NCBI GenBank assembly: GCA_012514745.1
Contig: JAAYZR010000030.1
Span: forward strand, 5,946 to 69,945
Length of the DNA stretch: 64,000 nt
Source of the DNA: Candidatus Undivivens industriae
GTDB lineage: Bacteria > Omnitrophota > Gorgyraeia > Gygaellales > Profunditerraquicolaceae
Direction of reading: 5' to 3'
A model generated the notes under the pieces. The model saw only the letters and a list, made by a program, of their open reading frames with translations, did not search any database and was not told the origin of the DNA. Made by a program: the position numbers and the translations under genes. How positions within the stretch are numbered: position 1 is the stretch's first letter; the number at the start of each line of letters is the position of its first letter. Below, piece after piece: positions 59,507 to 64,000 of this stretch.

Positions 59507-59523
59507 ATCGGTTCCCCGCCGGT

Positions 59524-61098
59524 TCAGGCATGTACCCGGTAATCTATTTCCGGGAAGATATTATCCGCCTGCTCGATCTCGACAAGCCACTGCTCGTCTA
59601 TATTATTGGATTTGATCTCCTCGTATAGACGTCCAAAACGCAGCAGATGTTCCTTGGTGCGTTTCACGGCGTACGGGACGTGCGTCCCCGTCCCCATTAT
59701 GAACGCCCAGTCGGAGCTCTGCGCCAGCAGCAGCTCACGCAAGGCTTGATTGAGGGCGCGGCGCTTTATGCCGTGGGAATCGGGATGCCGGGAAGAAAGC
59801 TCGGTCATCTGGTCTGAGGCGGCGTGCAGATGGCGGTATATCCAGTCGTTGCAGCCCTGCACCCACATCTCGCTGTAACCTTTCCATCCCCAGCTCGACA
59901 TGGAAGGAGTGACTACCTGGTTGCGCGGGTTCTCGTTGAGGTACTCGGAGGGGGTTATCATGCGTATGGTTTTCTGATCGTGATACACTTTACGCATCAG
60001 GAAGTCCAGCCACATCGGCCCCTCGTACCACCAGTGCCCGTAAAGCTCCGCGTCGTAGGGCGATACTATCAGGGGTTTCTTGTGCATGATCCCGTGCAAG
60101 TATTCGGCCTGCTGCTGGCGGTTGAACATGAAATTCCCCGCGTGCTCCGCGGCCTTTTCCCGCGCCATATCCGGTTCATAAGGCTGCTTATCGGAACTGC
60201 CGGTGATACGGTAATACTTTATGCCGGTGTTGATCCTTATGCCGTCGGGATGTATGTAATCCTTTATATAATCGTAATCGAGGTCGAACCCGATGTCACG
60301 GTAAAATTCCCGGTAATAATAATCCCCCGGATATCCTTCTATTGACGACCAGACCTGCTTGGACGACTCCAGGTCCCTTCCGAAACAGGCCACGCCGGAC
60401 TTACAATAAACCGGCGCGAACACCCCGTACTTGGGACGCGGCGTCCCGTGCAGCACTCCGTGCGCGTCGGTGAAGAAATAACGTAATCCGGCCTCGCGCA
60501 GTATCTCGTCGTCATTCGGGTTATAACCGCACTCGGGCAGCCAGATGCCGCGCGGTTTGCAGCCGAACGCCTTCTCGTAACTGGCGACAGCCACTTTTAC
60601 CTGGGCCTTCACCGACTGCTTGACCACGTCCATCATCGGGAAGAACCCGTGGGTGGCCCCGCAGGTTATGATCTCGAGTTTTCCGGCGTTCTGGAAATTA
60701 CGGAAGGCGTTGACCAGGTCGCGGTGATAATACTCGAAAGTGTCCCGGGCCCGGCAAAAGGTATTCAGATACATTATGGCCAATTTCTGGAACTGCGGCT
60801 CCCAGCGGGTTCTTTCCACTTCCTTGTGCGAGAGTTCTATAAGGCCGCTGATATGCTTTATATACCTGTCCTGCAGAAGCCTGTCCTGCAGCATCGCCGT
60901 AAGTGTCGGCGTAAGGGACATGGTCAGGCGGAAATCCACCTTGTCCCGCAGCAGTCCGTCCATCATCCAGATCAGGGGAACGTAAGTCTCGGTGATGGCC
61001 TCGTAAAGCCAATCCTCTTCCAGAAAATCCTCGTGCTCCGGGTGCCTTACGAACGGCAGATGACTGTGCAGTACCAGACACAAATACCCCTTGCTCAT
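59524..61098 (-). CDS. glycoside hydrolase family 57 enzyme (likely 1,4-alpha-glucan branching enzyme)
   Basis: GH57 N-terminal (beta/alpha)7 motifs (LVLHSHLPFV; catalytic Glu/Asp regions WLPECGY) and C-terminal helical domains; 524 aa. AAAGGGGGGG RBS. Confidence 0.85.
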   Translation of the reverse strand: MSKGYLCLVLHSHLPFVRHPEHEDFLEEDWLYEAITETYVPLIWMMDGLLRDKVDFRLTMSLTPTLTAMLQDRLLQDRYIKHISGLIELSHKEVERTRWEPQFQKLAIMYLNTFCRARDTFEYYHRDLVNAFRNFQNAGKLEIITCGATHGFFPMMDVVKQSVKAQVKVAVASYEKAFGCKPRGIWLPECGYNPNDDEILREAGLRYFFTDAHGVLHGTPRPKYGVFAPVYCKSGVACFGRDLESSKQVWSSIEGYPGDYYYREFYRDIGFDLDYDYIKDYIHPDGIRINTGIKYYRITGSSDKQPYEPDMAREKAAEHAGNFMFNRQQQAEYLHGIMHKKPLIVSPYDAELYGHWWYEGPMWLDFLMRKVYHDQKTIRMITPSEYLNENPRNQVVTPSMSSWGWKGYSEMWVQGCNDWIYRHLHAASDQMTELSSRHPDSHGIKRRALNQALRELLLAQSSDWAFIMGTGTHVPYAVKRTKEHLLRFGRLYEEIKSNNIDEQWLVEIEQADNIFPEIDYRVHA

Positions 61099-61260
61099 TT
61101 ACCCCCCCTTTACGCTCAAAGTTAAATCCGGGTTAAGATTTTCCGGCGGTCCATGCGGATGAACTGCCTCTCCGGGAAGTCCCGGCCGCATCTAAAACGG
61201 AGAAATAATGCATAAAGCGCTTCGTGCCCTGCGGAAGGAATACCTGCTTCGGGCTGCGGT

Positions 61261-62322
61261 TTACTTGGTCTCCCGTGATACTACCGGCGTGATGGTTCTC
61301 TCCTCCTCACCGTCGGCGGAGACCCCGCGGACAGGAAGCACCTGCGTGCCGTCCGGAAGAGAAAAACGCAGGGAAAAAGTACCGTCCGGCCTCAACTTTA
61401 CCGGCACTCCCTGCACGGTGACCTTGGCATCCGGTTCGGTGGCCCCGTAAAGTATCAATTCGGTGTTGACCACCATCCAGAATTTCCTTTTCTTCCCTCT
61501 CTGCGGCACCTTGACCGGGCTGCCGGAAGAGGAAAGCCCCGGGGAAGAAAGGATTCCCGAAAAGAGTTCGCGTCTGATCCGTTCCTGCCAGGTCTTGCCG
61601 ACCGGAGAACTCTGCCCGAAACCGAAACCCATACCGTAAAGCCTGGCGAAGAGTTCCTCCGGTACCATCCATTCCTCATCGGTTATCCAGGAGGGGCCGT
61701 CGAGCGGGGTGCTGATCACGTTGGAGCGCAGGATGGTGATGAACTCTCCGTTGGGAAGTCTCAAGCCGAGATCGACGCACCAGGAACGGCCGGCTTCCTG
61801 GACGTGGATATACCAATTCAGCGCGTCGGGACCTACCTCTATGTCGAAATATTTATGGGCGTTATGACTGTTGAACACTATGTTGCTGACGTCGTAAATC
61901 CTCAGCACTTTCTTGGCCTTGTAAAAATCGTCGCCCAGGCGGCCGCGCAAAGTGTCGTAAGTGGCGGGCGTGACCTCCCAATAGGAAAAGATCCAGTAGG
62001 GATCCCTGGGATGGATCACCAGCCTGTCCCTGCCGTAGGTCGCGGGCAGTTCGGTGGGCATGGAACGCGCGGCGGAACGCACGGCTTCAGGGGTGGAAAA
62101 TTTCATCCTGCCGACAGCCGTTTCGCTGACTCCCAGGAATTCTTTTTCGGGCGCCGGTTCCGGCTGTTTAAGCGCGGCTCTTTTCGCAGTCCTGCCCGCC
62201 GTCTTCTTTTGAACGTTCTTCTTGGCCGCGGAAGAAGAAACGGCGCGCTTGGCCGGGACGCTTTTCCGGTTTCCGGAAATCATCTTTTTTACCCCGCTCT
62301 TGATCTTACGCAGAATAGCCAT
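61261..62322 (-). CDS. DUF4912-domain protein (commonly paired with GH57 glycogen enzymes)
   Basis: Lys-rich N-terminus followed by a conserved DUF4912 core (LVIHPRDPYWIFSYWEV...); 353 aa. Confidence 0.6.
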   Translation of the reverse strand: MAILRKIKSGVKKMISGNRKSVPAKRAVSSSAAKKNVQKKTAGRTAKRAALKQPEPAPEKEFLGVSETAVGRMKFSTPEAVRSAARSMPTELPATYGRDRLVIHPRDPYWIFSYWEVTPATYDTLRGRLGDDFYKAKKVLRIYDVSNIVFNSHNAHKYFDIEVGPDALNWYIHVQEAGRSWCVDLGLRLPNGEFITILRSNVISTPLDGPSWITDEEWMVPEELFARLYGMGFGFGQSSPVGKTWQERIRRELFSGILSSPGLSSSGSPVKVPQRGKKRKFWMVVNTELILYGATEPDAKVTVQGVPVKLRPDGTFSLRFSLPDGTQVLPVRGVSADGEEERTITPVVSRETK

Positions 62323-62335
62323 AAAACCCTCCCTT

Positions 62336-62364
62336 CAAACAAAAAGGGGATTGAATAATCCCCT
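62336..62364 (-). terminator. rho-independent terminator downstream of the lipoprotein gene
   Basis: AGGGGATT-gaat-AATCCCCT 8-bp stem, with TTTTTGTTTG on the minus strand. Confidence 0.5.
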
Positions 62365-62406
62365 TATCGATAATCGTACTACGGTTTTATTTCCATCTCG
62401 CACGCG

Positions 62407-62808
62407 CTATTTACGGGTCTTGTTCCCGGCCGCGGACTCTTTGAGTTCGTTCTCAAGCCTTTCTTTAAGCCTGGCGACCTTCTGCATTTCCTCTTTAAGA
62501 TTCTGGTTGACGAGCTTTTCCTGCAGCAGTTCGTTCTTCAGCGACCTGGAGAGCTCTTTCTCTTCATCAAGCGCCTTTTTGAGCCTGTCCGCCTCCACCA
62601 TACAAGCCGTCTTTTCCCTCTTGACTTTAAGAAGTTCTTCTTCCTTGTCAAGGCGCAGGCGCATCTCGCCGTTGTATTCCGCCCCCTTCTTGAACGCGCT
62701 GGAGCAGGAACCGATCATGCCGATCAGGCATATCAACGACAACACCGCCAGTATGAAAATTATCCGGGTTTTCAGGCTTTCTTCCATGTTAGAAACCCGG
62801 TTCCGCAA
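62407..62808 (-). CDS. putative coiled-coil lipoprotein
   Basis: Signal peptide with a Cys (LIGMIGSC), then a charged coiled-coil (EELLKVKREK...KEEMQKVARLKERLENELK); 133 aa. Confidence 0.4.
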   Translation of the reverse strand: MRNRVSNMEESLKTRIIFILAVLSLICLIGMIGSCSSAFKKGAEYNGEMRLRLDKEEELLKVKREKTACMVEADRLKKALDEEKELSRSLKNELLQEKLVNQNLKEEMQKVARLKERLENELKESAAGNKTRK

Positions 62809-62944
62809 AGAACGCGGGTTAGAGAATACTACACTCGTGGTTTATTCTTGCTCGGGAATTTACCCGTGCGGCAAACTGCCGCGGCTTAAGAAAGGATTTC
62901 CCCCGGGGCGACTCCGGCTCTTGAAGTGTAACGGCGTCAGAGCC

Positions 62945-63613
62945 TTACTTCAGGTTTTCAGCCGTCTCTTCGGCGGCCTCTTGGGCCGGTTCGGGAGTTC
63001 CGGCGGCGTCATCGGCGACTTTGCTCATCTTGGGCAGGATGACTATTTCCACCCTTCTATTTTGTTGTCTCCCTTTTTTGCTGTCGTTGGACTCGACCGG
63101 GCGGTATTCGCCGTAGCCTATGGCCGATAAACGTTCCGGAGAAACACCTTTTTCGTCGATAAGATAATGCAGCACGCTAAGCGCGCGCGCGGAGGAAAGT
63201 TCCCAGTTGGACTTCCACCCCGAGACCTTTATGGGAATGTTGTCGGTGTGCCCCTCTATTCCCACGTTGAGATCAGGCACATTCTCCTGCAGGACGCGGG
63301 CCACTTTGTCGAGGCTCGCCGAGGCCTCCGGTCTGATCGTTGCTTTGCCGGAGTCGAAGAGGACATCGGCGACGAAAGTTATGACCAGCCCCTTGCCCAT
63401 CCTCTCCAGCCTGACCTGTTTATCCTGTATCTCCTGGCTGAGCCTGTCTTCCAGCAGTTTCTTCGCCTGTCCCAGTTCGTCGATCTGCTGCGCCAGCTGT
63501 TCTATCTTTTGCGCGTCGGAACGCCTGCCTTTTTGAAAAATAAAAGTGCACCCGGAAAACAAAGATACCGTCAACAATGCCGCGACTGCCGCAGATAAAT
63601 ATTTGGAAAACAT
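62945..63613 (-). CDS. OmpA/MotB-family peptidoglycan-binding lipoprotein
   Basis: Signal peptide with lipobox-like FSGC, a coiled-coil linker, and OmpA_C motifs (GHTDNIPI...NWELSSARA...NRRVEIVI). The start is at MFSKYL (63611-63613, AGGAGG RBS). Confidence 0.7.
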   Translation of the reverse strand: MFSKYLSAAVAALLTVSLFSGCTFIFQKGRRSDAQKIEQLAQQIDELGQAKKLLEDRLSQEIQDKQVRLERMGKGLVITFVADVLFDSGKATIRPEASASLDKVARVLQENVPDLNVGIEGHTDNIPIKVSGWKSNWELSSARALSVLHYLIDEKGVSPERLSAIGYGEYRPVESNDSKKGRQQNRRVEIVILPKMSKVADDAAGTPEPAQEAAEETAENLK

Positions 63614-63683
63614 TTTTCCCCTCCTTTTAGGAATGGATTTCAATATAACATAACCTCTTGTGCCAGTCAAGCTTTTTAAACCG

Positions 63684-64000
63684 TCAAAGGAATATAGTCT
63701 GCTCCCGCGAAGACCCGACGGAGACCATGGACAGCTTCACCTTAAGGGTGTCCTTAAGAAAGGCGAGATAATCTTTGGCGCGGGCAGGCAGGGACGAATA
63801 TTCCCTGGCACCGCTGACGCCGGTATCCCATCCGCGCATCACCTTGTATAGCGGGACGGCGTTCTCTATCACCTTGAGATCATACGGAAAATCGCGAAAA
63901 ACGCGCCCTCTGTATTTATAGCCCGTGCAGACCTTTATCTCCTTCAGCCCGTCCAGGACATCCAGTTTCATTATGCCGAGCTCGGAGATGCCGTTGAGCG
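63684..64000 (-). CDS. purA: adenylosuccinate synthetase, C-terminal part (N-terminus beyond window end)
   Basis: PurA C-terminal motifs (VLDGLKEIKVCTGYKY...FPYDLKVIENAVPLYKVMRGW...SVGSSREQTI). The frame is open to position 64000. Confidence 0.8.
   Translation of the reverse strand, partial: LNGISELGIMKLDVLDGLKEIKVCTGYKYRGRVFRDFPYDLKVIENAVPLYKVMRGWDTGVSGAREYSSLPARAKDYLAFLKDTLKVKLSMVSVGSSREQTIFL

Overview
This is a 64 kb high-GC (about 55-60%) bacterial chromosomal segment. It is densely packed, and apart from rpmB and the partial thpR every confident gene is on the minus strand. Most of it is core housekeeping genes: thpR, pgpA, pgsA, rimO, a RodZ-like gene, ftsK, pnp, rpsO, rpmB, recJ, argS and rsfS. 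These are followed by a tightly coupled trpGDCFBA block with no trpE, then murA, prmC-prfA-rpmE, rho, coaE, glgA and polA. After polA comes a Wood-Ljungdahl block: acetyl-CoA synthase acsB, a degenerate FAD-oxidoreductase homolog, metF, a small DMT membrane protein, folD, fchA and fhs. The remaining genes are yraN-rnhB-rplS-trmD-tgt, a 633-bp AT-rich spacer, queA, spoIID, a DUF2905 gene, queH, ruvB, scpA, trpS, infB-nusA-rimP, proS, ispG, rseP, dxr, cdsA, uppS, a GH57 branching enzyme, a DUF4912 gene, a lipoprotein, an OmpA-like protein and a partial purA. I found no rRNA, tRNA, CRISPR array, transposase or integrase. Six observations do not fit ordinary annotation. (1) A conserved bipartite repeat carrying an identical 17-mer sits in the 5' leaders of two cell-envelope genes, pgpA and murA. 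It has inverted and direct GTAACC-type half-sites and could form alternative RNA pairings. (2) The low-GC 633-bp spacer between queA and tgt carries a complex hairpin cluster and a 57-codon ORF with a Shine-Dalgarno (SD) sequence. (3) A 49-aa zinc-ribbon gene missed by the ORF track is followed in the same frame, after its TAA stop, by an rsfS N-terminus that has no start codon. (4) An acetyl-CoA synthase gene lies next to methyl-branch Wood-Ljungdahl genes with no CO dehydrogenase (CODH) or corrinoid iron-sulfur protein (CFeSP) genes in the window. (5) A pyridine-nucleotide-disulfide oxidoreductase homolog with degenerate dinucleotide motifs lies between metF and acsB. (6) proS lacks the INS editing domain and has a Cys-rich mini-insert in its place. 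The ORF track reports GTG and TTG starts as M, so I reassessed several starts. All calls rest on my reading of motifs and synteny, with no database searches.
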